The notes beneath the pieces were generated by a model. The model did not search any database. It worked only from the letters and a program-made list of their open reading frames with translations, and was not told the origin of the DNA. Of a stretch of DNA of 64,000 nt, positions 11,836 to 25,638 are shown piece after piece. The stretch is from assembly GCA_951406725.2 (NCBI GenBank), contig OX597825.1, positions 27,838,001 to 27,902,000 of the forward strand, in the 5' to 3' direction. The DNA is from Octopus vulgaris. Lineage: Eukaryota. The translations under genes were made by a program, and so were the position numbers. Every line of letters begins with the position of its first letter. Position 1 is the first letter of the stretch.

Positions 11836-12183
11836 CACACACGAACATGCATACGCAAAGGCACACATAATTCACACGCACACACACACACTCTTGCTAA
11901 CATATCTACTCACGTACACACTCGTACACGCCTGCATACAAAATACAACCCGAATTGGGCTCATTGACAGAGATCATAAAAGAATATGAGAATAAATGAT
12001 ACCTAAAATTATAATATCAAAGGACGAAGATCATGAGGTGGAGAACGATTAGGAAAGGGGAGAGACAAGGGTGGGGTGAAGGAACAATGAGGAGGAGGAT
12101 TACAGTAGTAGTGATGAAGGATGATAATGAGAAAACCATCTATCTGGAATTTGCACAACATATTATATATGGCTTTGCTCTTC

Positions 12184-12571
12184 GTGTGGTAAGTAGCTTG
12201 CTTGCCAACCACATAGTTCCGGGTTCAGTCCCACTGCGTGGCACATTGGTCAAGTGTCTTCTACTATAGCCTCGGGCCGACCAAGGCCTTGTGGTGGATT
12301 AAGTAGACGGAAACTGAAAGAAGTCCGTCGTATATATGTATATATCTGTGTGTGTATGTTTGTGTGTCTGTGTTTGTCCCCCCCCCCCCCCCAGCAGAGC
12401 TTGACAGCCGATGCTGGTGTATTTACGTCCCCGTAACTTAGCGATTCGACAAAAGAGACCGATAGAATAAGTAGTAGGGTTACAAAGAATAAGACCTAGG
12501 GTCGATTTGCTCGACTAAAGGTGCTGCTTCAGCATGGCCGCAATCAAATGACTGAAACAAGTAAAAGAGTA
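12184..12571 (+). mobile_element. tRNA-derived SINE family A copy
   Basis: A-box/B-box-like head (gtgtggtaag...gggttcagtccc), internal TA/TG tract, tail ...catggccgcaatcaaatgactgaaacaagtaaaagagta. Confidence 0.88.
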
Positions 12572-12898
12572 AAATGTAACGCATCGCAAAGAAATATCAA
12601 ATTTCAACAAGAACAACAAATAATTTCAACAACAACAAAATAAACGCCGATCTTAATTACTGACATCAAGAATATCGAAATCATAATGACTGCATAATTT
12701 TTCGAAATGCTTCGATACAAATTACGTATATGAAACATAATAACAGAAAACCATTTCTTGGAAATGTTCGAGTGGCTTCAAAAACAATATTAGAACATAC
12801 AGTTACATGGCAATAAATTTCATATAAATATGTTTATATTTTAACAAATGTGTATATATGCACACACGTATGTAGATATGAATATATACAAACTTATG

Positions 12899-13317
12899 GG
12901 CGCAGGAATGGCTGTGTGGTAAGTAGCTTGCTAACCAACCACATGGTTCCGGGTTCAGTCCCACTGCGTGACATCTTGGGCAAGTGTCTTCTGCTCTAGC
13001 CCCGGGCCGACCAATGCCTTGTGAGTGGATTTGGTAGACGGAAACTGAAAGAACCCTGTCGCATATATGTATATATATATATATATATATGCGTATGTGT
13101 GTGTGTTTGTGTGTCTGTGTTTGTCCCCCTAGCATCGCTTGACAACCGATGCTGGTGTGTTTACGTCCCCGTCACTTAGCGGTTCAGCAAAGGAGACCGA
13201 TAGAATAAGTACTAGGCTTACAAAGAATAAGTCCCGGGGTCGAATTGCTCGACTAAAGGCGGTGCTCCAGCATGGCCGCAGTCAAATGACTGAAACAAGT
13301 AAAAGAGTAACAGAGTA
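12899..13317 (+). mobile_element. tRNA-derived SINE family A, full-length copy
   Basis: ggcgcaggaatggctgtgtggtaag (A box) ... gggttcagtccc (B box), cttgggcaagt core, internal microsatellite, 3' end with repeated agagta. Confidence 0.9.
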
Positions 13318-13543
13318 AACTTGCATCCATTTATATACATGCCCCCACCCACCCCATTTTTCGTTGTGCTTATTGTCCTGTATTTCCTTTTTTTGCTTGT
13401 CTTGTTCTTTGGTTTGTGTCTATGTTTTTCGTCTCTCTATGTGTTCGACGTCCTTTTGGTGTCCTGTACACATATATGCGTGTATATGTACATGTAGAGG
13501 TAGGTACGTACATATATGTTTATATATATGCATATATTTTATT

Positions 13544-13600
<57 letters not shown>

Positions 13601-13834
13601 ACATGGAAGTTTATTTTGTTTCAGACAGTCACAGATATATGAGGCAATTGTATTACTGTTTTGAGAGACAGAATATATATATATACATATATGCTAATAC
13701 TTATTTTTTGCAGCCATCAGAATAATTAAAGAAGTCTGCTGGCTCAAAGACGAGTTTATTAAAAAAAATTGCGGTCTTTAATGATATATAATAAGATTTA
13801 TTTAATACTTAATTATAGTTTATACATTCTGTAT

Positions 13835-13845
13835 TGTTATTATTA

Positions 13846-13910
<65 letters not shown>

Positions 13911-13929
13911 GTTGTTGTTGTTGTTGTTG

Positions 13930-14022
<93 letters not shown>
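13835..14022. repeat. Compound microsatellite (TTA)n(TTG)n(TTA)n(GTA)n
   Basis: Seen directly. Confidence 0.95.
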
Positions 14023-14023
<1 letters not shown>

Positions 14024-14234
14024 CAGTTTGCAAACAGAAACTAATAACGTAGGCAGTTTTACTTTCCTACAAGAAGAATGCATTAGTGGGCGTGACGAAT
14101 AACGCTGTGTTGGTATATAGCTTACAGACATCAAATATTACACACATATCTACATAAGTCATAAACACACACAGTAGCGCATATTTATATGCACACACAT
14201 ACACATACACTCGCACCTATAGATATATGTATTC

Positions 14235-14402
14235 CTTTATTCTTTTACATATTTCAGTCATTTGGCTGTGGCCCTGCTGGAGCACATCCTTGAAGGGTTT
14301 TAGTCGAAGAAATCAACCTCAAGATTTATTCATTGTAAATGTTGTACTTATTCTGTCGGTCTCTTTTGCCTTTACGGTGACATGAACAGATCAACATCGG
14401 TT
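14235..14402 (-). mobile_element. Degenerate 3' part of SINE family A
   Basis: tttcagtcatttggctgtggccctgctggagca...tacttattctgtcggtctcttttgcc is the reverse complement of the family A tail. Confidence 0.65.
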
Positions 14403-15501
14403 CTTGGACAAAGATAGATACAAAGAACACGTGCATAATATCGTTTGCAAATTGCCAGATGTCAGTATCCTGACCTTATTTGTCCTCTCCGATGAGGAAA
14501 ACCTGTGGACGTTCTAAGCTACGTAGACACATTTCTAGAGAATGAATATTGTACTGATCGACAGTTTAATCTAATGCTTTTCCTAGTAGCTGTATATATT
14601 TTTAAAATTTTAATCTTTCTATATAGGAGCAAAGATTTAGACTCAGCTCAGACGTACGTGCTTGTCACTGAAGTACAAAAATAAGGTCGAAACAACGGTG
14701 TCTGACTACCAGCAGACCATTTTCCAGGCGAAAGTCTCTTACAGAAAGTTTCACTGTTACAATATATTACAGACGTGCGCCGGTCTACGTTTTCATATAC
14801 ATTGTTATAAACCGCTTCATTTTAATTGAATTTTATGTCAAGTGTTTGTATCAATGCATCTGTATGTTCATAACATAGAAACACACATACGAATATTCGG
14901 CAATTGCCGAATGTGAAAATTTAAATATGATAGCAATAGGAAGAGATCTACAACCTACAACATGACCAACACACAACAACAATAGTGATTCCTTTCTTAC
15001 TAACGCTGTATATCTAAGAGAAGTACAAGATATGAGTCAAGCATAGTTATAAGATGTGTATCACACAACCTATAAATTTTTTCTCGATTAATTTGCTACG
15101 GAAAAATACAGAGAGGAATTAGTTTATGTTCTGGAGTAGCTAGGCTGAATATAATCGACAAAATACAAGTCTAATAATGATTAATATATTTTAAAGTGTA
15201 TCCAGCCTAGATTTCGCTCTGCTATCATGTGTGCCCTCCATTGGTCGATAGCACTTCATTCATTTTTATCTGATCCATTCTCTTAAGTTGTAGATATGCT
15301 CATGTTCCATGTATCCTATCTAGAGAGCATTTACGCTTTCCCACGTCGGCCACAGAACACTCCAAATCTTCATTTATAGACATATGGAGAAAAACGCAGT
15401 AGGTTGAAAGATCAGGATATACTAACAGCCGGTCAACCTCTTGGAAAATTACTCCAGTAGAAATGCCTAATTGTGCGATGCAGTAACAATTCGCCTCCGG
15501 A

Positions 15502-15573
<72 letters not shown>
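15502..15573. repeat. (ATG)n microsatellite
   Basis: Seen directly. Confidence 0.95.
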
Positions 15574-15575
<2 letters not shown>

Positions 15576-15686
15576 AAAAAAAAGAGGCAAGAATTCTGTG
15601 CAGGTTACTTGAAGCATAGCCAGTAAACAAGTGTCACCTTAGACTGCTGGCTGTGGACAGCTGATACTTTCCATCATTCCAAACAT

Positions 15687-16283
15687 TCTTCTTCTTCTTC
15701 TTCTTCTTCTTCTTCTTCTTCTTCTTCTTCTTCTTCTTCTTCTTCTTCTTCTTCTTCTTCCAATCAGGATTCACGCCATTAGCCACATAGAATAATCTCT
15801 AATTCGAGCCTACTCTAAGCTACTGAGAATGCGTGTGGCAACTTGAAGATCCACCCACCACACGCGATAGACTGGCGGTTGCACGGGCGCAAAAACTACG
15901 TTGTTATCCTCATTCCGTAAACGGTGGCTTTTAACGGGTGAAAATCTGAACCTTCCTGGGGTAGAGAGGATTCGCATTCTAGACTAGGGTCTGAAAGTTT
16001 ACCACACCATAGTGAAAGTTTATCACACCTCTGCCATAAAGCAGAGGAACCAGGGTTACACAATGGTTCCTCTGATTTGTGGCAGAAGTAGGAAGAAAGA
16101 GTGAGAGAAAGTTGTGGTAAAAGAATACAGCGGGTTTCACCACCACCACCACACCCCGACGGAGCTTCGTGGAGCTTAGGTGTTTTGCCCAATAAACACT
16201 CACAATGCCCGGTCTCGGAATCGATCCCGTGTTCCGACGACCGCGAGTCGGCTGTCCTAACGACTAGGCCATTGCGCCTCCAC
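15687..16283 (-). mobile_element. tRNA-derived SINE family D, ~520 bp plus (GAA)n tail
   Basis: Minus-strand head tggaggcgcaatggcctagtcgttagg...gggatcgattcc (A/B boxes), similar to 63893-64000. Ends in the (TTC)n tract 15687-15759. The 3' boundary is inferred. Confidence 0.65.
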
Positions 16284-16592
16284 TGGATGGTTATTGTTAT
16301 TGCCTCTGCTGTAGTATTTTCTGATGTTGTAGCAGTAGTTGTTGCAACTGTTATTGGTTCTCCTCTCGCTGTTATTACTTGTATGGGTCTTGATCGGGGT
16401 CTGCTCACCCACCTTGTTTAGCCTAATGTTGTTTTCGATGCTCTTATTGTAGTTGCTGTTATTGTCTTTATTGTTGTTTTTTGTTTGTTTGTTTGTTTGT
16501 TTGCTTTGGCCTAAATAAGCATAATGGTAACAAATAACGATGAGTATTATGAAGGTAATGGCAATTTAAGCGTTGATGATCATGATGGCAGT

Positions 16593-16623
<31 letters not shown>

Positions 16624-16774
16624 GTGGCGGTGGCGGCCGAGGCGGTGCTGGCGGCAGCGGCGGTAGTGGCGGCGGTGGTGGTGTGGTGGTGGCGGTGGTG
16701 GTGGTGGTGGTGGTGGTGGTGGTCAAATTGTCTTGTTGTTAACATCATCATAACAAAAGCAGCAACAAAACGAA

Positions 16775-16806
<32 letters not shown>

Positions 16807-16880
16807 AGAAAAAGAAGAAGAAGGTTATGATGATGAAGGTGATGATGATGATGATAATGATGATGATGATGATGATGATG
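16593..16880. repeat. Compound trinucleotide repeats (GAT)(GGC)(GGT)(GAA)(GAT)
   Basis: Seen directly. Confidence 0.9.
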
Positions 16881-17782
16881 AAGGAGGAGGAGACAGTTAT
16901 TATTTTGAAACTTTAATGAGGTCGTTTATGATGATGATGATGATGATGATAGTGATGAGGAAGGGTGGAGTAAACAACATTCCATGCATTACCGAAAATG
17001 AAATTCTGAGATGTTTCTGGTCAGTTCCTCTGATTGCAATCTCAGACGCCCTGACGCCATTAAGGTTACGGTTTCCAACACATAAAGAACAGTTCCAATA
17101 AAGTTTATGAAATTACGTTGTAGTTACTGACGTGAAACATAAAACGGTAGGAATGAGAACAACAATAGGAATTACAACAACAACAATAATAACAGCGGCT
17201 ATTCCCAAAATACAGAAGCGGCAGCAGCAGCAGCAGCAACAACATCGAAACCACCATCGTCAACAACAACAACAGTAATGATAATAGCAGCATGATATGA
17301 GACGGAACAGCAGCGACAGAAACGGGCGAGGAAATGAGAGAACGACAGTACAGACGAGAAAGTGTAAGAAATCAAAGATTATTATTATTGGAATGTTTAC
17401 GCCGATAGAGAGATGTATATTTAAGATGATTGCTCTGCAGAAACGTGGTCCCGGTTTCAATTCCTCCCGGTTTCAATTCCGCTAAAAGTTGACCACCCAA
17501 GGAAAAGCACATTTTATTAAAACATCTGCTCCAGCAAAGGGTAGGGAAATTTCGTAGAGTGCGTGTGGATCCAGTTATATGTGTGCATGTATGTGCGTGT
17601 GTGTGTATGCGTGTGCATATGTGTGCGGGCGTGTATGTGTGTGAGTGCGTGTGTGTATTTGTGTACCTTATATATATATATATGTACATATAAAAAAAAT
17701 ATATATATATATATATATGTACATATATAAATATATATATATATATACATATGTATATGCATATATATATATGTATATATAA

Positions 17783-17830
17783 TGGCGGTGCTCCAGCATG
17801 GCCACAGCTCGTGAGTTGAAACTAGATAAA

Positions 17831-17835
<5 letters not shown>
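17783..17835 (+). mobile_element. Short 3'-end fragment sharing the SINE A tail motif (5'-truncated SINE/LINE insertion in (TA)n)
   Basis: tggcggtgctccagcatggccacag matches ggcggtgctccagcatggccgcag near 13258-13281. Confidence 0.55.
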
Positions 17836-17892
<57 letters not shown>

Positions 17893-18589
17893 GTATACAT
17901 GCGTGTGTGTCTGCGTCATTATGTAGGTATGTATGTGCGGGTTTGATAGTATTATGAGAGCGAATGACAACGTGAACTAAAATAACGTTGCATCTATTAA
18001 TTTTTAACAGTTCGGATTAACTTCGGTGAACATAAGCATTACACTGCTGGATTTCGTCTTTAGAACAAAACTACTTATCCATTTAAACGATGCACATTGA
18101 GAAAATATACATACTCAAAGCTGTTTGAGTGTTTTACGAATAATGATACACATTCTTTTTGTTTTCAATGTTTGACATCCTCTTAATATTTCAATACAAG
18201 ATTATCAACCTTTGTACGCAGGAGGAAACATTTTGTTGCATTCTGTAACAAAATGGCCGCTATTATTTCGCTTCATATTTCGATGAGGTGTTTCAGGCGG
18301 ATACGGCAAAATAATGCCAAAACACCGGTATCGCAGAGTCCACTAGCATGGAGAATTTGTTAATACCACTTATTAAACCAATACTATGAATAACAATAAT
18401 TCTTACTATAAACACAAAGACGCGGATTTGTTAAAGTGGGGAACTGTAGATTACTTCGAAGGTACTAGCCGTATTAAATCCTGTAGTACTGGGGACAACA
18501 GCGGCACTTGAGTTGGGGTCAAAGGCAAGTGAAGTGTATCTAAATAACATATCTGCTGCCCTAATTTATATAACAATAATTATCGCCTA

Positions 18590-18785
18590 TAAGCCGGTGA
18601 GTAGGCGGAATTTTTAGCACGCCGGACAAATTGCTTAGCGGCATTTCGTACGTCTTTACATTCTGCGTTCAAATACAATCAATGTTGGTTTTGCCTTTCA
18701 TTCTTTGATGGTCGATAAAATAATTACCAGTTCACATTAACCCCTCCCCCGAAATAGCAGGCCTTGTGACAGATTTTGAAATCAA
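18590..18785 (+). mobile_element. Older SINE family B copy (Nin-domain-like)
   Basis: ttagcacgccggacaaattgcttagcggcatttcg...gcctttcattctttgatggtcgataaaa...gcaggccttgtgacagattttgaa. Confidence 0.7.
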
Positions 18786-19091
18786 TAATTATATACTTTA
18801 TATTAATTTCTAGTTGTGGTAGCAATTTTGATGGAATGAGAGAAGATCGACCTCTGTATTTAAGTGGTACTATATTTAAAGAACCCTGGTAGGATGAAAG
18901 ATAAAGGGAATTTCAACCATGAACATAGATTGCCGGAAATAAATTCCACAAAGATTTTTTTTTCCGACGCGCTATAAATTTTGTCAATTCAGTGCCTTTC
19001 TCACCTTGATAATAAATAGCAGCATGTGATAATTTCGGACATGTACTTGCATAGCAAGTGACCTGCTCTGAAATCGTGTGCTGGAACGAAA

Positions 19092-19375
19092 ACAATGGCA
19101 GCGTGGAAGGTGGTTATAAGCCATTTAAGAAACACACAAAAACCGTTAGAGTCACTTCAACATTTAAATTTAATTTGCCAAAATATTTTCGTCACTTTGA
19201 GACCGCGACCTGTTCACTGACAAAAGAGATGCCGCACGGAATTTTGTCAGTGAACAGGTCACGGTCTCAAAGTGACGAAAATATTTTGGCAAATTGAATT
19301 TAAATGTTCAAGTGAATCTAACGGTTTTTGTGTGTTTCTTAAATGACTTATAAACACCTCCCACTCTGCAATTGT
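19092..19375. mobile_element. Fold-back element: 134-bp inverted arms (19092-19225 / 19242-19375), probable PLE-end hairpin
   Basis: Arms are reverse complements with only scattered mismatches and a 16-bp spacer. Each arm contains a hammerhead-like motif next to the centre. Confidence 0.75.
19243..19293 (+). ncRNA. Minimal hammerhead-like ribozyme, G3:C8 core variant (second copy at 19174-19224 on -)
   Basis: TTTGTCA-GTGAACA-g-GTCAC(ggtctcaaa)GTGAC-GAAA-ATAT-TT-TGGCAAA: 7-bp stem I, 5-bp stem II, palindromic AATATT stem III. Confidence 0.62.
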
Positions 19376-19943
19376 GATAATTTGATTCAATATAAATATG
19401 AAGAGGACAAACTTATAGACTTTCATTAAGTTGTCCTTTTAAGTTCACGATTTCATTTACAGCTGAGATTTTGTTCCATAGTTAAGATTGTTTAAAGAGT
19501 AACAATCAGAAAGAGATATAACTAAAGATGATGCTCAACATTATAAAAATATTTTCAGCCTCATATTTTTATCATCCAGTAATAAGTATCAGTCATATTA
19601 TTATAAAGCAAATATGGCACATGTGTGATTTTAAAGGAACGTGAAGAAATGATTATATAATAAATTCGAAAAGTGTTATTCTTTCTTTTCCTTTTATCTT
19701 TTGTCATTGCTATTCATAATGAATTAAAGTGTGTAGTTTTTGCTTTTAAAAAATTTCCGGTCAAATCGTCTCAAAACTGATTTGCTTTTAAAAATTTGGG
19801 AGATCGACAAAATTTGTTTCTACACTTTTAATAAGAATTCAGCTCCCAGGGCGCATCTTCCATTTAGTTATGACCATGTGCTTTGATGCAGGAACATGAT
19901 TGTCAAATTTGCGCCTTGTTATTAGTCTACTTATTACACTAAC

Positions 19944-20262
19944 AGCGCGGCTTAGTGGTTAGCAGTATTTGACTCACGATCATAAGGTCAGGAGTTCAAT
20001 TCCCGCCAACGCTTTGTGCCCTTGGGCAAGACACTTTACTTCAAGTTCTCCAGTTTACTCTGCTGGCAAAAATGAGTTGTACCTGTATTTGAAAAAGGGC
20101 CAACCCTGTCACATTTTGTGTCACGTTGAAGTTCCCAGTGTACTACGTTAAGGGTACGTGTGTCGGTGGCGTGCTCCATCACTTGCACGTTAATTTCACG
20201 AGTAAGCTGTTACGTTGATCGGATCAACTGGAACTCTCGTCGTCGTGACCGACGGAGTACCA
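19944..20262 (+). mobile_element. tRNA-derived SINE family C copy
   Basis: ggcttagtggttag (A box), gagttcaattccc (B box), cccttgggcaagacacttta core, gctggcaaaaatgagt shared with 60053-60313. Confidence 0.8.
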
Positions 20263-21246
20263 CTGAATTGAAGAAATATTACAAGAGAAATTCAATGTAT
20301 GATACACAAATTATCTCACATTATTTAATTACAAAATTACGTCATTGCTCTTTAGTTTTATGGTAAGCATTATTTGCCGTTAACTCTAGCTTGTACTCTA
20401 TTGCTAGTGTGTGTGTCTACATATATAATCGACTACACCTGTTTCACCAAAATTTGTAACGTTTGCATCAATCTGTGCAATAGAAATACTTCTCAGAGTA
20501 AACAAAGTCTGATACTGGCAAAGGGTGCAGGAGGCAGACATATCGGTTTTTCCTATAGTAGATATCTTCACAAAATGTCCCTTTCCGCTTTAGGTTTTGC
20601 TGAAATGAACGATGCGTTGTGATTTTAATTCTGCTACGTTTAGTGATTGAAGAAATGTCTTTACTATGAGTTATGATTGCAATTTCCTTCGTGTGCATAC
20701 TTTCTGCAGTTAATTTTGTTTCGTTTATGGCTAAAACTTAAGTTGTGGTCTACGCTTTTTGGTGTTAGTGGTAAAATTCGTGGTATAACAATACATACAA
20801 TGCTTTAGCCAATCTTGTAAAAATAAAAGTAAGCATTTCAGTCTTCTAATAAGATTCAAAAGAAGTACAGTTTATTTAAAATTGGAAATGTTGTCTTTTA
20901 TGGAATTAACTTAACAGGTTTAGAGATAATGTCTGTTCTACAAAAGAAATTACTCGAATACGTTTCTTTCCAACTAGAACCACAACACACACACAAACTC
21001 GGGCGCAGACACGCTCAGACACGTAGCGCTATATATCCTTCTATAAACTTTGATATATATATATATATATACAATAAATAAATAAATAAACTGGTTTTTA
21101 AGAACTTAGAAGGCTTCTAGTGTATCAACACATCAGTGAGACAAATAATATTTTCTGACTAAGTATGCTGATGTTGTGTAAGATTTCTATAAGACTTCTA
21201 ATGTTCCCAATCTATGTGTGTATATGCGTCTCAGCCTCTGTGTATG

Positions 21247-21302
<56 letters not shown>

Positions 21303-22091
21303 TGTGTGTGTGTATGTATATATATATATATGTGTGTGTGTGTGTGCCTACACACTTCATACGTATATGTTTGTGAATACATATGTGTGTAAATATGCGT
21401 AGGTATATCTCCTTATGTGGTATAAATGGATATGTATAAAACATCGTATACAGAACTAGTTGTTTAATTTGGCATTCATAAATACTAGCTGACGCGCAGA
21501 CGTATCTCACTATGTTGATCTTATATGTACATACTTGTGTGTTTGGTTTTCTTAGTAGATAATGTGTGAGGCAGAAAAACAAGAGAAAAAAGCGATTTAC
21601 ATAAAACTAAAGTCACTTTTAGTAAAACAATGATAAAGAAATATATAATCACAGACACCCATAAAATGCACATATATAGAAGCATATACATATTCATAGA
21701 CACCAATATAAATAAATAAATACATTCATGTTTGTGTGCTTCTGTATCCGTGTGTGTGCTTGCGTGTGTGTGTGTATATAATCGTGTGTCTATATATGTG
21801 TGTGTGTGTGTGTGTATGCGTGTGCGTGTGTTTGTAAGAATAGATATACTTGTATGTGTATATATATATGGATATACATGTATGTATCTAGTTACACATA
21901 TACACACGCAAACACGCATATATATTCATATATTTTTGTATGTGTATGCACACACACAGATATATGTTTTTGCGTGTCTATGTTTGTATTCGTATGTATG
22001 TGTGTATGCATGTATGTGCTTGTATGAATGTGAGACCACAGGATTTAGCAGTGCGTGTGTATGGGTGTGCATCTCTGTGTGAGTGTATATA

Positions 22092-22137
<46 letters not shown>

Positions 22138-23718
22138 TGTGTTTGAACCTGTGAAAGTATGAAGTTGTAAAGCGATGTGTCGTGTATACAAATAGGTCAT
22201 GGCAAGATTATCTCCACTGTATTAATAAGATTAAAGATTAATAGTACGAAATGGTAGAGAAGAAATAATCTTAAGAACGAAGGCTAACGATAATTTATCG
22301 TAGAATATTTTTAATTTTACATGATGTCCAAACTTTTCTATATAGTCCATTCTCCACATTGGAAAAATAGAAAAGATTGAACGCGTATTAGAATTGCACT
22401 TGGCTGGGAATGAAAGATCTTTGAGTTTCTAGTTTGGAAAAGATTTAAGCAAAGTTACAGATGTTTAACCTATTCAAGCAGGATCGAATAGAAAATGCTA
22501 TAAAGATAGGTACAGGTGCTTGGATATAAATCAATTAATCCACGTAGTACAGCTTTATGAAATATCTTTGGCGTGTGCTGTGGGGGATAGAAGTCTATTA
22601 TGAGATTGAATACAAGGTTAGAGGATAGGTGTCGTTGTATGTGTATGTGCGCGTATTTGCTTGACCGTATGCGTGTGGTATGTGAAAGAGAGTGCATGTG
22701 TACACTATTGATTGTGTGTAGATGAGTCAAAATTCGAATGCTCACGTGTATCCATATGCAAGTATATGTGTGCGTCTGTGTGTGCGTCTGTGTGTGCATC
22801 ACTCTCTCTGAGCCCGTAAGTATATATTTGTGTGTGTATATATGTATATGTGTGTGTGTGTGTGTATGTCTGTGTGTAAATACCTATGTATGTGTGTCTT
22901 TCTGTCTGTGTTTGTCATGCTAAATACGCGAAGTTAAAGCACACTCATATCTACGGTAAGTATATATCACATGTATATATATACACAGATAAGTTTAGAT
23001 AAATACAGACACATATACACAAACACGCGCGTTCGCACTCACCCATAGCTCGCCTATTTCTCTATATGAGACTACACATTCGAAAGTTATGTACTATTGA
23101 TTTAAGATTGTAGTTAGTGGTTTTAAGGAAATATGGCTATTATCTAACAGGTTGCGTGACTATGTGGACTTCTTTCTTTCGTAGCACAAAGTAAATTTTA
23201 GAATTGTTTTAGACCAACATTGCTGTTGAAACTCAAATATCTATGATGAAGGGCCTTCTAGTGTAGAACATCCCCTCGTTTACATACCAAGAGCTATTTT
23301 GTATCATATATTTGTTTATCTACAGATGAATTTTGTACTTTATAGCTGCAATTGTGGCAGGTCGCATAACACAGCGTTGTGTCTGGTTTGCGAAAGGTAC
23401 CTCAGACTAATGCATTGAACAAGAGTTAGATATATTTGACGAGGCAGAACGATACTGACAAAGGTGTCCTAGAGTGTCCTTGCTCTAATGACTCGAGTAT
23501 ATTATGAAAACACATCTGTCTCAAAAGAGAAGTCGTTTTCCACCGGCGAAGACCGAAGGTTATTACCGTATTAAAAATTAGCACGGAAGCCGTCGAGGCG
23601 TTATACTTAAAGTAAGCGCGCACACAAACGTATTTTGTAGTGAAAATACAGACTCTTTTTCTTCTCTGTATTTTTGTGCTATATATATATATATATATAT
23701 ATACATATATATATGGAT

Positions 23719-23764
<46 letters not shown>

Positions 23765-23799
23765 ATATATATCCACATATATACATATACATATATATT

Positions 23800-23840
<41 letters not shown>

Positions 23841-23860
23841 TACATATATATGTATGTATA

Positions 23861-24592
23861 TAGCTGAATTACCCGGTAATTGCTGGGAAAGCGGGGCTTA
23901 TCCCTTGGTTCCGTTCTCATAATAATTTCGCTAATCCAATAACAATAGAAAGTATGTAGCCCTTAAAACGGTTTATGTTCATTTACAGAGAATATAGAAA
24001 TGTCTTACACATGATCTTGCTTCTAGGAATTCCCAATAGGTTTTCAATACCTACATTGTGAAGTCAGTAATGTAATAACATGAAATTAGTTACCCGAGAG
24101 TAAGAATTCAAATAAAGTAGCTCCAAAAAGTGTTTAATCCTTTCCCAGAGTACATAGAGCATAGGAGGAAATAAGGTATATATTTATTACAATCGTGAAG
24201 CATGTTACGTAATAACAGACTAATCAGATATGAGATAATAACAATTGAAAATAGATAACACTGAAAATAGCTTTTGTGCTTTCCCAGAGAATATTACCCC
24301 AGGGGCGCAAATGTCGGTATATTCGTGAATCAGTCATTAACCGAAATACGTGCATCTATTGTTTTGGAAAATACTATTTACATGTTTTAGGGTTCTACTG
24401 GATGAATTGCGAACTCTGATTGTTCAAATTCTAAGAAATAAGCATACATAATTTGATTTATCTTAAATAATTTAGAAAAATGAATGGGTTATTTCCCTTG
24501 GTTTCAAAATAAAACATATTTGATATATATAAGGATCTCTTCCAGAGGCCCTGTATCCGATTTTTTCAACAATGTGAGTATGCTATATAATA
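23861..24592 (+). mobile_element. Possible non-autonomous Helitron/Helentron-like element
   Basis: Starts tagctgaattacccggtaattgctggg (resembles CTAG..ACCCG subterminal hairpin ends) and ends ...gctatataatag. No coding sequence; resemblance only. Confidence 0.3.
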
Positions 24593-25326
24593 GCAGGAAA
24601 GGAAAGATGGACGATGGGCACGTGTGAGCAACGAGAAAGAGAAAAAGAGAGAGGGGGAGAGAGGGACAGATAGAAGGGGTGGAGAGAAAGCAAAATAGAA
24701 GATGGGATGAATAGGCATTAACTTACGTCACTAGGATTGTTTCTGTATATTAGTGAAAGTTTCGAACCCACTCACCTGAAGACGTGCAGTTACGTAGATA
24801 TCGTTGGAACATTTTAATGCAAGAATCTAAATAATATGTGAAAAACTTATCAATTACCGGCCGATAATAATGCATAGAAACGATTGTAGTGATATGGATT
24901 TAAGCCGGTTCATTTCATCATCTTCTATTGTAAATTTCTTGTACGAATTGTACGGATATAAGCTGATCGCCACTTGCACACCCGGTAGAAGGATAGCATA
25001 TGGTAGCTATATACACCGCTCATATGATGGATATGCATTGTATATAGTTATTCGCTGCAGTTACCGGTGGTTTCATTCCGTTTTGTGATCTAACCTCTGA
25101 TCCCATTATGGCATTGAACAACCCAATTACCTGAATAGCATGTTTTTTTTTGTATAACATTTCTTGATATTCTTAACAGCAGATTTAACAGCAGCAAAAG
25201 TGCACCTTACCAACTTTATATATTTTATACACCACATATACACACGCACAAACACATGCATGTATACACATATACGCATGTACGTATGTGTGCGTGTGTG
25301 AATATAATATATATATATATATATAT

Positions 25327-25535
25327 AACTAAAAATAAGGGTGTCTGAGAGGCACCACCTTGCCGAAATAGCACGTGGTTTTTAAAGTCAGGGTTTTGAC
25401 TGCTATTTCGGCATGGTGGTGCCTCTCAGACACCCTTATTTTTAGTTGTAAAAAAATTATTACCTTTTTACGTTTTTTTTTCCCATGCTGGCCACTTGAT
25501 AATATCGATACTTAAATATCGATATTATCCTTATT
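25327..25535. mobile_element. Fold-back fragment in (TA)n: 47-bp inverted arms (25327-25373 / 25401-25447) plus an extension with a 13-bp-arm palindrome
   Basis: aactaaaaataagggtgtctgagaggcaccacc(t/a)tgccgaaatagca and its reverse complement, with (TA)n on both sides. Confidence 0.7.
25390..25436 (-). ncRNA. Hammerhead-like motif with a CUGA-GA core (position 7 missing)
   Basis: Minus strand AGGGTGT-CTGAGA-GGCA(ccacca)TGCC-GAAA-TAGCA-GTC-AAAACCCT: GUC triplet, stem II GGCA/TGCC, imperfect stem I. Confidence 0.5.

Positions 25536-25638
<103 letters not shown>

Noticed and set aside
15896-16421. 170-aa and 106-aa ORFs
   Set aside because: They overlap a SINE and low-complexity flank, with no protein-like motifs.
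19944-20005. tRNA-like sequences (also at 12899, ~16210-16283 and ~60240-60313)
   Set aside because: They have A/B boxes but no complete cloverleaf, and they continue into SINE bodies.
24777-24810. CTGAAGA-CGT..ACG hammerhead-like start (similar partial hits at ~39701 CTGATGA and ~62675 CTGAGGA)
   Set aside because: No correctly placed GAAA, stem III or stem I.
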